NCBI GenBank assembly: GCA_964399335.1
Contig: CAYNQI010000008.1
Location: forward strand, 1-44,575
Origin: an uncultured Thermoplasmata archaeon
GTDB lineage: Archaea; Thermoplasmatota; Thermoplasmata; Halarchaeoplasmatales; Halarchaeoplasmataceae
Length of the DNA stretch: 44,575 bases
Direction of reading: 5' to 3'
The notes under the pieces were generated by a model that was not told where the DNA came from, did no database searches, and saw only the letters and a list, made by a program, of their open reading frames with translations. Shown one piece after another: positions 1 through 8,647 of the stretch; position 1 is the stretch's first letter; each line of letters starts with the position of its first letter. Made by a program: the position numbers and the translations under genes.

Positions 1-763
1 TTTCCCTATCCTGATAAGACCTAATAGCTCTCAAGAAATCTATTTTCCTAAAACCGGGCCAGTAAACATCTGTAAAATAAAGTTCAGAATATGCCAACTG
101 CCAGATCAGGAAATTCGATATACGTTCTTCTCCACTAGTTCTTAAAATAAGATCTGGGTCCGGGAAGTCTGCGGTATAAAGTCTCTTAGTTATGGAGTCC
201 TCGTCTATATCATCAACGTTGATCTTACCTTCTTCAACATCCTTTGCTATCTTTTTAATGGCCTGTATTATCTCTTCCCGACCACCATAAGCAACAGCTA
301 TATTAAAATAGTAATTATCGTAATTTTTCGTTTTTTCTTCAGCATACCTAATAGAATCTTTTACTCCCTCTGATAATTTATCTAAGGCTCCAATAGCCTG
401 GATCCTGATCTGATTCTCGTGAACCCTTTTATCATCTGCCGCCTTCCTAAAATTTTCCTCGAATAAATCCATAAGATGTTCAATTTCCTGGCTATCTCTA
501 TTCAGGTTCTCTTTAGAGAAAGCATATACGGTGAGTATCTTTATCCCAATTTCAGTACACCAATTAAGCATCTCTTCAAGTTTATCTTTACCCATGACAT
601 GACCATCATCTTCATTCAAGCCCAATTGTCGGGCAAAACGTCTGTTACCATCCATTATCACAGCTATATGGGTAGGAACTTTTCCTTCTTTGATCTCCTT
701 CAGCAATTTCTTTTCGTATGCTTTGTAGGCCGTATCCGAGATGGTTTTAGATATATCTGCGAT
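1..763 (-). CDS. uppS: Undecaprenyl/polyprenyl diphosphate synthase (cis-prenyltransferase), 3' end runs off the window; start ambiguous
   Basis: Manual translation of the minus strand gives HIAVIMDGNRRFAR and DPDLILRTSGEERISNFLIWQLAYSELYF. It is absent from the ORF track because there is no stop in the window. The frame is open to about 769; the first canonical start is TTG at 706. Confidence 0.93.
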   Translation of the reverse strand, partial: MADISKTISDTAYKAYEKKLLKEIKEGKVPTHIAVIMDGNRRFARQLGLNEDDGHVMGKDKLEEMLNWCTEIGIKILTVYAFSKENLNRDSQEIEHLMDLFEENFRKAADDKRVHENQIRIQAIGALDKLSEGVKDSIRYAEEKTKNYDNYYFNIAVAYGGREEIIQAIKKIAKDVEEGKINVDDIDEDSITKRLYTADFPDPDLILRTSGEERISNFLIWQLAYSELYFTDVYWPGFRKIDFLRAIRSYQDRE

Positions 764-900
764 GGACTCTCACCATATTGTTTGATTACAGAATAGTATA
801 AAAATATGTTGCAAAAGGATAAGTGTATCTCAATAGGAATAAACATACAAAATCACAATAATTATATACACAGTCTTTAATGGCGAACCAGGTGGTGTAT

Positions 901-1977
901 ATGAAACATAAAAAATTATATATTCCGGGACCCACGGAAGTTAGAAAAGATGTGATAGAGGAAATGAACCAGTGGTTGTTTGGCCATCGTTCAGATACAA
1001 TGACTGACCTTTATACCACGATCGTAGAAGACACTAAAAAATTCTTAGAAACTGACAATAATGTTATTGTTTTAAGTGCTTCGGGCACTGCTTTTATGGA
1101 GAGTTCAATACTAAACTTAGTAGACGATAAAGTTTTAAGCGCCACATGTGGGAGCTTCAGTGAAAGACATGCTAACATAGCTGAAAGATTGGGTAAAAAC
1201 GTTGATAGATTAGAATATGAATGGGGGAAAGCTGTAAAGCCAGAAGATGTCAGGAAGGCCCTTGAAAAGGATGATTATGATGCTATAACTTGTGTTATGA
1301 ACGAAACTTCAACCGGTATTCGAAATCCTTTGGAAGAGATCGGCGAGGTGATGGAGGATTTTCCAGATACTATGTTTATTGTTGATGCTATCTCCGCACT
1401 TGGAGGTGACTATATCGATATAGAAGGAAGCAATATTGATGTGATATTCACATCCGTTCAAAAGGCTTTTGCTATGCCGCCAGGATTAGCTGTATGTGTG
1501 GTTAGTGAAGATGCTTATGATAAAGAAGCAAACTCTGATTCTTCTGCATGGTATGGTGGCTTCCAGAGATGTATTGATTATTATAACAGAAAGGGACAGA
1601 CACATTCTACACCGGCTATCTCACTGATGTTGGCTTATAGAAAACAGATGAAATACATGCTCGAAGAGGGATACAAGAATATCGATAAGAGGCACAAAGA
1701 TATGGCAGAATTCACCAGAGAATGGGCTTATGAACACTTCGATATGTTCCCAGAAGAAGGATACATGTCTCAAACTGTCAGTACCATCAAGAATACTAGA
1801 GGGATCAACATCGCAGAACTGAGAGAAAAGATCGATGAGAAGTACAACATGGCATTTGCAAATGGATACGGATCGAAATTGAAAGAGAAAACATTCCGAA
1901 TAGGACACATGGGCATACACGATGTGGAAAGCATAAAAGAATTAACTGACGCTATAGAAGATGTGGCAGGACTGTGA
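901..1977 (+). CDS. Class V PLP aminotransferase (serine-pyruvate/phosphoserine aminotransferase-like)
   Basis: IPGPTE, FGHRS, SGTAFME, NETSTG, VDAIS and SVQKAFAMPPG (PLP lysine). Start moved to ATG 901, which follows a GGTGG SD. Confidence 0.9.
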   Translation: MKHKKLYIPGPTEVRKDVIEEMNQWLFGHRSDTMTDLYTTIVEDTKKFLETDNNVIVLSASGTAFMESSILNLVDDKVLSATCGSFSERHANIAERLGKNVDRLEYEWGKAVKPEDVRKALEKDDYDAITCVMNETSTGIRNPLEEIGEVMEDFPDTMFIVDAISALGGDYIDIEGSNIDVIFTSVQKAFAMPPGLAVCVVSEDAYDKEANSDSSAWYGGFQRCIDYYNRKGQTHSTPAISLMLAYRKQMKYMLEEGYKNIDKRHKDMAEFTREWAYEHFDMFPEEGYMSQTVSTIKNTRGINIAELREKIDEKYNMAFANGYGSKLKEKTFRIGHMGIHDVESIKELTDAIEDVAGL

Positions 1978-1982
1978 TAAAA

Positions 1983-2897
1983 ATGACAAAGAAAGTTCTA
2001 GTATGTAATCCAGTAGCAGAAGAAGCTATCGAAATGCTTGAAGAAGCTGGTTTAGAAGTTGATCAGGAATTCGGGATGTCGAAAGAAGAGCTCACAGAAA
2101 AAGTTCCACCTTACCACGCTTTGATAGTTAGAAGTTCAACAAAAGTAAGGGAACCAACACTTGAAGCTGCAGAGAACCTCGAGGCTATCGGACGGCCAGG
2201 GATCGGGTTAGATAACATCGATGTTGATTTTGCTGAAGAAAAAGGAGTCTCAGTCTTCAACACACCAACTGCAACTACTGTTTCTGTAGCAGAATTGGCC
2301 ATGACCCACATACTTGCAGCTTATCGAGATATAGTAGCAGGTACCAACAGTCTAAGAGAAGGTAAATGGATCAAGAAAGACCTCAAGAGCAACGAATTGT
2401 ACGAAAAAACTCTTGGTATAATCGGATATGGAAATATCGGTCAAGCAGTAGCTGAAAGGGCTAAAGCCTTCGGTATGGATGTTATCGCTTTCGACGTAAG
2501 AGATATTGAAGATCCCGAACCTGCTGAGATGGTGGATATGGATACATTACTTAAAAAGAGTGATGTAATCACGATCCATGTTCCTCACATAGAGGCTACA
2601 CATCACATGTTGAGTACTGAAGAATTTGAAAAGATGAAGGATAGTGCGGTACTCGTTGATCCATCGAGGGGTGGAGTAGTCGATGAAGATGCACTATATG
2701 AAGCATTAAAGAATGACGTCATCCGGTTTGCAAGTAAGGATGTTTTCGAAGAGGAACCGCCAGGAAAGATACCATTATTTGAGTTGGAGAACTTCCATGC
2801 TACACCTCACATAGGTGCACAAACCTATGAGGGACAGATTAGAGCTGGTACACTAGCTGCGGAACAAGTAATTGAAGAACTCGAGAAAAGGGGCTAA
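1983..2897 (+). CDS. serA: D-3-phosphoglycerate dehydrogenase-like D-2-hydroxyacid dehydrogenase, no ACT domain
   Basis: GRPGIGLDNID, GIIGYGNIG Rossmann motif, SRGG, EEEP, TPHIGAQT. Coupled to the aminotransferase gene. Confidence 0.8.
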   Translation: MTKKVLVCNPVAEEAIEMLEEAGLEVDQEFGMSKEELTEKVPPYHALIVRSSTKVREPTLEAAENLEAIGRPGIGLDNIDVDFAEEKGVSVFNTPTATTVSVAELAMTHILAAYRDIVAGTNSLREGKWIKKDLKSNELYEKTLGIIGYGNIGQAVAERAKAFGMDVIAFDVRDIEDPEPAEMVDMDTLLKKSDVITIHVPHIEATHHMLSTEEFEKMKDSAVLVDPSRGGVVDEDALYEALKNDVIRFASKDVFEEEPPGKIPLFELENFHATPHIGAQTYEGQIRAGTLAAEQVIEELEKRG

Positions 2898-2899
2898 AA

Positions 2900-4177
2900 A
2901 TGGTGGAAATAAAACCGTTCAAGGGGATAGAGTATAATAAAGATAAAGTCGAAGATTTGGAAAAAATCATAACTCAGCCATACGATAAGATCAACGATGA
3001 GTTACGAGATAAGTACTATGAAAACAGTGAATACAATTACTGCCGATTGATCTTACCAAAAGAAGAGAACAGGTACGAAAAAGCCAAAGAAAGACTTAAT
3101 AATTGGTTGAGAGAAAAGATCCTTAGAAAAAGGTCTAAACCGGGTATATACGTTTACATGCAGGACTTCGAAGTGCTTGGTAATAAACACACTCGTAAGG
3201 GATTCGTATCGGCAGTTAAACTTCATCCGTTCGAGGAGGAAATTGTTCTTCCTCACGAAGAAACACACAAAGGTCCGAAGATAGACCGGCTTAACATGTT
3301 AAGATCCACTGAAAAAAATCTAGAAGCAGGTTTCATGCTTTACAGCGATAAAGAAAAAGCGACTATTGATTTATTCGACGATATAGCTGATAAAAAGCCT
3401 TTATTCGAAGCTACCGACGAGTACGGTGTACACAGTAGAGTATGGAGATTGGAAGATGAGAAACATATCAAGACTATTGAGAAAGTCCTAGAAGGTGAAC
3501 AAATAGTCATCGCAGACGGGCATCACAGGTATGAAACTGCTGTTACTTTCAGAGATGAATTAAGAGCAAAAAACCCTGATTGGAACGAAGATGACGCATT
3601 TAACTGGAGGATGACATACATGGTTCCAGTCGAGGACCCTGGACTGGTTGTTTTACCAGGCCATAGATTACTTCTAAAACACGAGTTTAAAAATGAGCAT
3701 ATAGAAAAACTCAAGGAGTATTTTGAAACCTATCAAATTGAGATAAATGAGGCAGAAGGATTCCTCGAGGAGAACAAAGACACTATCTCATTCGTTGTTT
3801 ACGATGGAGACTGTACATTAGGACTTAGATTACGAGATAAATCTTCTATCGAGAAGTTCCTCTCCGATGAATACTCGGAGGACTACAAGAACCTAGATGT
3901 TGTGGTCTTGAGGGATGTGATCTTCGAAGGTATCATGGAGGCCTCAGGCCTTGACATCGACGTTACTATAGCTTACGAGAGATGGTCTGATGACGCAGTT
4001 GAACGTGTAAAAAAAGGTGATGCAACTGTTGCATTCCTTGTCAATGCTACTAAGCCTGAACAGGTTTTAAAAGTTGCTAAAAATGGAGAACGTATGCCCG
4101 AGAAATCCACTGATTTCTATCCAAAAGTGAACTCTGGGTTCATGATGATGGATATAGAACCTGGTGAGAAATTATAG
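2900..4177 (+). CDS. DUF1015 family protein
   Basis: IKPFKG, PYDKI, LPHEET, IADGHHRYETA and MPEKSTDFYPK motifs. Typical position after serC/serA-like genes. Confidence 0.9.
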   Translation: MVEIKPFKGIEYNKDKVEDLEKIITQPYDKINDELRDKYYENSEYNYCRLILPKEENRYEKAKERLNNWLREKILRKRSKPGIYVYMQDFEVLGNKHTRKGFVSAVKLHPFEEEIVLPHEETHKGPKIDRLNMLRSTEKNLEAGFMLYSDKEKATIDLFDDIADKKPLFEATDEYGVHSRVWRLEDEKHIKTIEKVLEGEQIVIADGHHRYETAVTFRDELRAKNPDWNEDDAFNWRMTYMVPVEDPGLVVLPGHRLLLKHEFKNEHIEKLKEYFETYQIEINEAEGFLEENKDTISFVVYDGDCTLGLRLRDKSSIEKFLSDEYSEDYKNLDVVVLRDVIFEGIMEASGLDIDVTIAYERWSDDAVERVKKGDATVAFLVNATKPEQVLKVAKNGERMPEKSTDFYPKVNSGFMMMDIEPGEKL

Positions 4178-4214
4178 ACTTAAAAAACACTTCCCTAAAA
4201 TCTTTTTTTAATTT

Positions 4215-5213
4215 CTATTTTTTAAAATCGAATTCTTTTGCTAGTTCTTTCATCCTTTTCACACTATCATGATAACCTGCCTTTTCTGTTCTATCTATTA
4301 GATCATTAAATCTTTCCTTTCCACCTGCCGTATTATCTGCATGACAAATGATCTTTTCTTCAATTGTCTCAGGTAAAAAACTTCTAGCTGGTAATCCCTG
4401 TTCCTCTGCCTCTTCTCTTGTTATACCCCCGCCTATATGCCGTTCAACTATCCTTGCTAGTTCGTCTTCCCATCCTTGTTCCCTCACTATCCTACCACCC
4501 TCTATACCGTGTTCGACACCATGTGTGACAGTCCTGCCGATATCATGCAGAAGTGCACCGGCTATCAATAGTTTAAGATTACCGCCGAACTGCTCATGTA
4601 TCTCAAGCATTCTTTCAAGAACTTCAATGGTGTGTTTCATAAGGCCTTTATCCATACCCCTCTCATCCATCAATTCAAAACATTGGGAAGCCGATGGAAT
4701 CCTTGAATAATCAACAATTTTTTTCCCTTTTTTACGAGGAACAACCCCTATTTGACCGTCATAATTCTTATCCAATTTTCTAGCGTTCAATCTATCCATA
4801 AATACTGCTAAAGCCGCTACTTCAGAATGGGGTTGAGTTCCGATAGAAACGTTGTGATCCGCTTTATCGTATACTTCGGCTGGCACTTTTTCAGCACCTA
4901 CGATAATAAGCGGTTCGCTGATTTTTTTATTTTTAAAGAAGTTATCAACATCTTCACCATACATCGTGAGATGAATCACATCACCTTTCCAATTATCTAT
5001 CAATTTTCTCCAATCTATGGTCTCCTCGACGGAGAAATCTCCTCCGAACCTTTCTGTAACATCCTCAAGTGTCTTTTTGATCCTAACGTCCAGCTTCGGA
5101 AGGTATATACTACTAGCTCCGAAGGCTCTAGCTGTCAAACCGACATGGGTGGTCATCCTTTTATCTCTTTCTGGACGATGACCTAATCGCAGGATGCTTG
5201 TCAATAATCTCAC
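4215..5213 (-). CDS. trm56: tRNA (cytidine56-2'-O)-methyltransferase fused to a C-terminal HD domain
   Basis: LRLGHRPERDKRMTTHVGLTARAFGA, HLTMYG, VGAEKVP, QPHSEVAAL, then LLHDIGR...HIGGG...HADN (HD domain). Confidence 0.93.
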   Translation of the reverse strand: MRLLTSILRLGHRPERDKRMTTHVGLTARAFGASSIYLPKLDVRIKKTLEDVTERFGGDFSVEETIDWRKLIDNWKGDVIHLTMYGEDVDNFFKNKKISEPLIIVGAEKVPAEVYDKADHNVSIGTQPHSEVAALAVFMDRLNARKLDKNYDGQIGVVPRKKGKKIVDYSRIPSASQCFELMDERGMDKGLMKHTIEVLERMLEIHEQFGGNLKLLIAGALLHDIGRTVTHGVEHGIEGGRIVREQGWEDELARIVERHIGGGITREEAEEQGLPARSFLPETIEEKIICHADNTAGGKERFNDLIDRTEKAGYHDSVKRMKELAKEFDFKK

Positions 5214-5731
5214 CAGGGTTCGTCTTCTTCCTCCGGAAATTTATCGTTTTTTTCAATTTCCTCTTCTAATATGTCTTCTTCGAACTCTTCCTCTTCTTCC
5301 ATTTCGATCCATTCTTCATTTTCTTCTATTTTCTGGACTGCCACGCCTCTTATAAATAGAAATGAGGTTATAAAACCAAATATTCCAGTTAGCAATATAC
5401 GTGGGATAGGATAAAACCATGTCCCGATGTCCATTTCCTGAGAAACGTGGTATATCAATGTACCAAAAACAGCCAATGTTATACCCGATAAAAATTTCCC
5501 AATTATCTCTGAAAAATCCACTAGAGTACTCATATAAAACAATACAGGCGTAAATACGGTTAAAACTAAGGATATCATGGCATAATAAAATACACTAGTG
5601 TTATCAATTGCTTTTGGAGATACAAAATATATTATATAAGTTGCAGTGGCAATCATAAACATACCAGAGATCAAAGCAAAAGTCCCGGAGTCATATTTTT
5701 CAAATATATTTATATCATCTAAATCCACCAT
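5210..5731 (-). CDS. Hypothetical membrane protein (about 4 TM helices) with a very acidic C-terminal tail
   Basis: Four hydrophobic stretches and an E/D-rich tail. GTGA stop/start overlap with trm56. Confidence 0.7.
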   Translation of the reverse strand: MVDLDDINIFEKYDSGTFALISGMFMIATATYIIYFVSPKAIDNTSVFYYAMISLVLTVFTPVLFYMSTLVDFSEIIGKFLSGITLAVFGTLIYHVSQEMDIGTWFYPIPRILLTGIFGFITSFLFIRGVAVQKIEENEEWIEMEEEEEFEEDILEEEIEKNDKFPEEEDEPW

Positions 5732-5743
5732 ATTATCATCCCT

Positions 5744-6238
5744 TTACTCTTCGATTTCCATTATCCTATGACCCCTATAATCTAGTTTTAAAGAACGTTT
5801 TACTAAACTTTTAAGAGATGTGGAACTGCAATCTAGTTTCTCAGCGATATCTTTAGCGAAATTATCCCCTTGATGTACGTATTCTAATATCTTGTTCTCT
5901 ATCTTCTCAAATTCATCATCACTTACCATAGCGGCATATAAGACTTCACTGATTTCCTGTACAGGGACTGATGCATCTATATGGACAGATGAATAATAAG
6001 TGTGATATGCTCTTTTTGTTTCTGTATCTGTATGCTGCCATCTAGTTTCCACCAGTTTCATTTTTTCGAAATGTTTCAGAGCTTCAACACCTTCTTCACC
6101 GTATTCTTTTTCAATTTCATCTTCAGTTTTCCACCCCTCTGCAAGATCGGTAAAAACATCCTTTTTTATCTGTGAACTCACTGCTCTAAGTACCGGTACA
6201 AAGTCTGAAACATCCTTGATTACTTTTATTCGGGCCAT
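5744..6238 (-). CDS. Conserved archaeal ArsR-like winged-helix protein (COG4860-like)
   Basis: FVPVLRA...WKTEDEIE...KMKLVETRWQ...YHTYYSSVHID pattern and operon context. Confidence 0.7.
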   Translation of the reverse strand: MARIKVIKDVSDFVPVLRAVSSQIKKDVFTDLAEGWKTEDEIEKEYGEEGVEALKHFEKMKLVETRWQHTDTETKRAYHTYYSSVHIDASVPVQEISEVLYAAMVSDDEFEKIENKILEYVHQGDNFAKDIAEKLDCSSTSLKSLVKRSLKLDYRGHRIMEIEE

Positions 6239-6282
6239 CTTTTATCTAAAACCCCTATAGGGTTTACTGATTTAATATTTTT

Positions 6283-6714
6283 CTATGTCTTATTTCTTTT
6301 ATGCCTAGCCTTATAGGGATTTTTTATAATTCTTCTTAATCTTCTTAAAAATACAGGTAAACTCTCAACATCTTTGATATCAGTTTTGGTATACTTGATT
6401 AATCTCTTCCTGAGATCGGGATTGAATGATAAAGTATTCGCCTTGCAGGCTCTTTTTATCCTATAAAACAAGCGTGAACCAGCCCTATCCCAATCTGTCA
6501 ATATGATAACTTCGTCATGGGAACCCCGAAGACTTTCAATCATCCGAAAAACTGTTTTAGACGTTTTTATTTTGATGATCCTACCTTTGAAACCCAATCT
6601 CCTTAAGGCATTAACATCTTTTTTACCTTCAACTATAATTGGCACGGTAAGATTCTTTTTCCTAAGTTTATCCAATACACGTTCAGTCCCCTCTAATTTT
6701 TCTTTAATCCTCAT
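6283..6714 (-). CDS. Small stand-alone TOPRIM domain protein (RNase M5-like)
   Basis: IIVEGKKDVNAL and IILTDWDRAG TOPRIM motifs. Confidence 0.88.
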   Translation of the reverse strand: MRIKEKLEGTERVLDKLRKKNLTVPIIVEGKKDVNALRRLGFKGRIIKIKTSKTVFRMIESLRGSHDEVIILTDWDRAGSRLFYRIKRACKANTLSFNPDLRKRLIKYTKTDIKDVESLPVFLRRLRRIIKNPYKARHKRNKT

Positions 6715-6717
6715 GAT

Positions 6718-7038
6718 CTATTTTACCTCTAAAATCTTTTGAATTATCTCATCAATCTCTTTGTCATCAACATCTATAAAAACTCTTTTTCTTCTAGTCC
6801 TTTTTCCATGTACGATACCAATTTTTTTTGAAGAGACATGAAATGTACTAGATAACAAATTCACAACTGAATTATTTGCTTTACCATTTTCAGTTTTCTC
6901 CTTCACATGGACTTTTAACCTATCCCTCCATTTGTCCACACCATTTATTCTATCTCCTGAGGAATTAGGTGATACTATTATATCTAAATAAATACCTTCA
7001 TTCCCTATCTCCAAGCAATCCAAGTCTTTCTTTTTCAT
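6718..7038 (-). CDS. DUF167/UPF0235 (YggU-like) protein
   Basis: VSPNS...LKVHVKEKTENGKAN...IVHGKRTRRK pattern. Start moved to ATG 7038. Confidence 0.85.
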   Translation of the reverse strand: MKKKDLDCLEIGNEGIYLDIIVSPNSSGDRINGVDKWRDRLKVHVKEKTENGKANNSVVNLLSSTFHVSSKKIGIVHGKRTRRKRVFIDVDDKEIDEIIQKILEVK

Positions 7039-7094
7039 GTATATATTAAAGGGCATTTTCTAATAAAAATGTTTCTTGATTATGCATGATAAAA

Positions 7095-8081
7095 TCAAGT
7101 TATTGATTTTATTTTATTTTTTCTCTTTCTATTTAACCCAGTAACTATCGACATCAATTTGATCTTGTTTTTGCATTCTTCATCTATTCGAGCTCCAAAT
7201 ATAACGCCAGCTTTAGGATCAAGTTTTGAAGTCATCATCTTAACTACATCATTCATCTTACTGATAGATAGATTTGGACCTCCAGTAACATGTATTAGAG
7301 CTTTTTTAGCTCCAGTATAATCCATATTGAGGAAAGGATTTTCACTTGCTTCTTGAACGGCTTTTTTTGGTTCATCATAAGATGATTCTCCGATCATCAA
7401 AGTTGAAACGCCTCCATCCCCAAGAACGGATTTGAGATCATTGTAGTCCAGGTTGATTAAAGATGGTAATGTGATTATCTCCGTGACACTTTTGATCAAT
7501 TCAGAGATAAGGGAATCCATAATTCCAAAGGCTTGATCCATGGGAAGATCTGGAACGACTTCTAAAAGTTTATCATTTTCTAAAAGGATCATGGAGTTCG
7601 AATATTCACGTAAACGCCTTACACCATGTTTAGCTGTTTCCCTTCTATTGCCCTCAACTGAGAACGGCATAGTCGCTATACTGATAACCATGGCCTTTTC
7701 TCGCCTTGCTATCTCTGCAATAACTGGTGCGGCACCGGTACCAGTACCCCCACCCATACCAGCAGTAATAAATACTAGATCACTACCGCCGATTATCTTT
7801 TTAAATCCCCCATAAGCAGCTTCAGCACAGCGCATCCCCACGTTTGGATCTCCACCAGTCCCAAGACCTCGATTGTATTCCTTACCTATCAACATTTTAG
7901 TATCGGATTGTATATTTTTAAGATGTTCTTTATCAGTATTGACCGCTATTGTTCTAGCACCGTAAACACCGATCCTACTTAGACGATTAATACTGTTGTT
8001 ACCTCCTCCACCTACACCAATAACTGATACATTTAAACCTGAAGAATCATCAATGTTTCCATAATTATTATATTGATTCAT
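7095..8081 (-). CDS. ftsZ: Cell division protein FtsZ (FtsZ2-like)
   Basis: [41 protein letters not shown] and T7 loop NLDYND. Start at ATG 8081 after a GAAGGT SD. Confidence 0.95.
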   Translation of the reverse strand: MNQYNNYGNIDDSSGLNVSVIGVGGGGNNSINRLSRIGVYGARTIAVNTDKEHLKNIQSDTKMLIGKEYNRGLGTGGDPNVGMRCAEAAYGGFKKIIGGSDLVFITAGMGGGTGTGAAPVIAEIARREKAMVISIATMPFSVEGNRRETAKHGVRRLREYSNSMILLENDKLLEVVPDLPMDQAFGIMDSLISELIKSVTEIITLPSLINLDYNDLKSVLGDGGVSTLMIGESSYDEPKKAVQEASENPFLNMDYTGAKKALIHVTGGPNLSISKMNDVVKMMTSKLDPKAGVIFGARIDEECKNKIKLMSIVTGLNRKRKNKIKSIT

Positions 8082-8149
8082 GTCTATACCTTCTATCTGA
8101 TTTCTCAACAAGATATATGTGAAATCAATAGGTTTTACCTATGTACCTT

Positions 8150-8467
8150 TTACTCTTCTAACCGTTTTTTGTATTGATCTATCTTTTCCTTAACGTAATC
8201 TCGAACAGCGTTTCTGATAGCATCATCAACAGATATAGAATCTCCTTCTTGTACTAGGTTCTTTATTTCGTTTACCTTCTTTTTGGGTAAATCCACCGTA
8301 ACCTTAGAGATATGGTCTGGAGCATTTTTATTCTTTATAAACTCATCTATAGCTGTTCTTATAGCTGCTGACATAGTCGAATATTCGCCTTTCTCTACAA
8401 GAGATTGAAGGTCATCAGCCATTTCATTTGGTATTCTGACGGTTATTCTTTGTGTGTCCGACACCAT
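8150..8467 (-). CDS. Tandem ribbon-helix-helix regulator upstream of ftsZ (CdrS-like)
   Basis: Two RHH units: RITVRIP...SAAIRTAI and KVTVDLP...DDAIRNAV. Its position matches haloarchaeal cdrS-ftsZ2. Confidence 0.85.
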   Translation of the reverse strand: MVSDTQRITVRIPNEMADDLQSLVEKGEYSTMSAAIRTAIDEFIKNKNAPDHISKVTVDLPKKKVNEIKNLVQEGDSISVDDAIRNAVRDYVKEKIDQYKKRLEE

Positions 8468-8518
8468 GTAGGCACCACATTGTTTTTAGTCCGACATATT
8501 CTTATAATACGTCAGACA
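8455..8518 (-). promoter_or_regulatory. RHH-ftsZ promoter with three GTCnGAC palindromes flanking the TATA box
   Basis: TGTCCGACA at 8455-8463, AGTCCGACA at 8488-8496 and CGTCAGACA at 8510-8518. TTATAAG (minus strand) lies between the last two. Confidence 0.65.
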
Positions 8519-8647
8519 AAGAAGTAATAGTTTTTAGTACTAATATAATTTTCGGTAGATGTCTGATGTTTCGATAGATTATTAAGAATTGATATATTTT
8601 AGAAAATCATCGAAAGTTATATTAACTCGATATAATAATCTATAATC

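Noticed and set aside
476-796. 106-aa plus-strand ORF
   Set aside because: It is the antisense shadow of uppS, which the track missed because uppS runs off the window.
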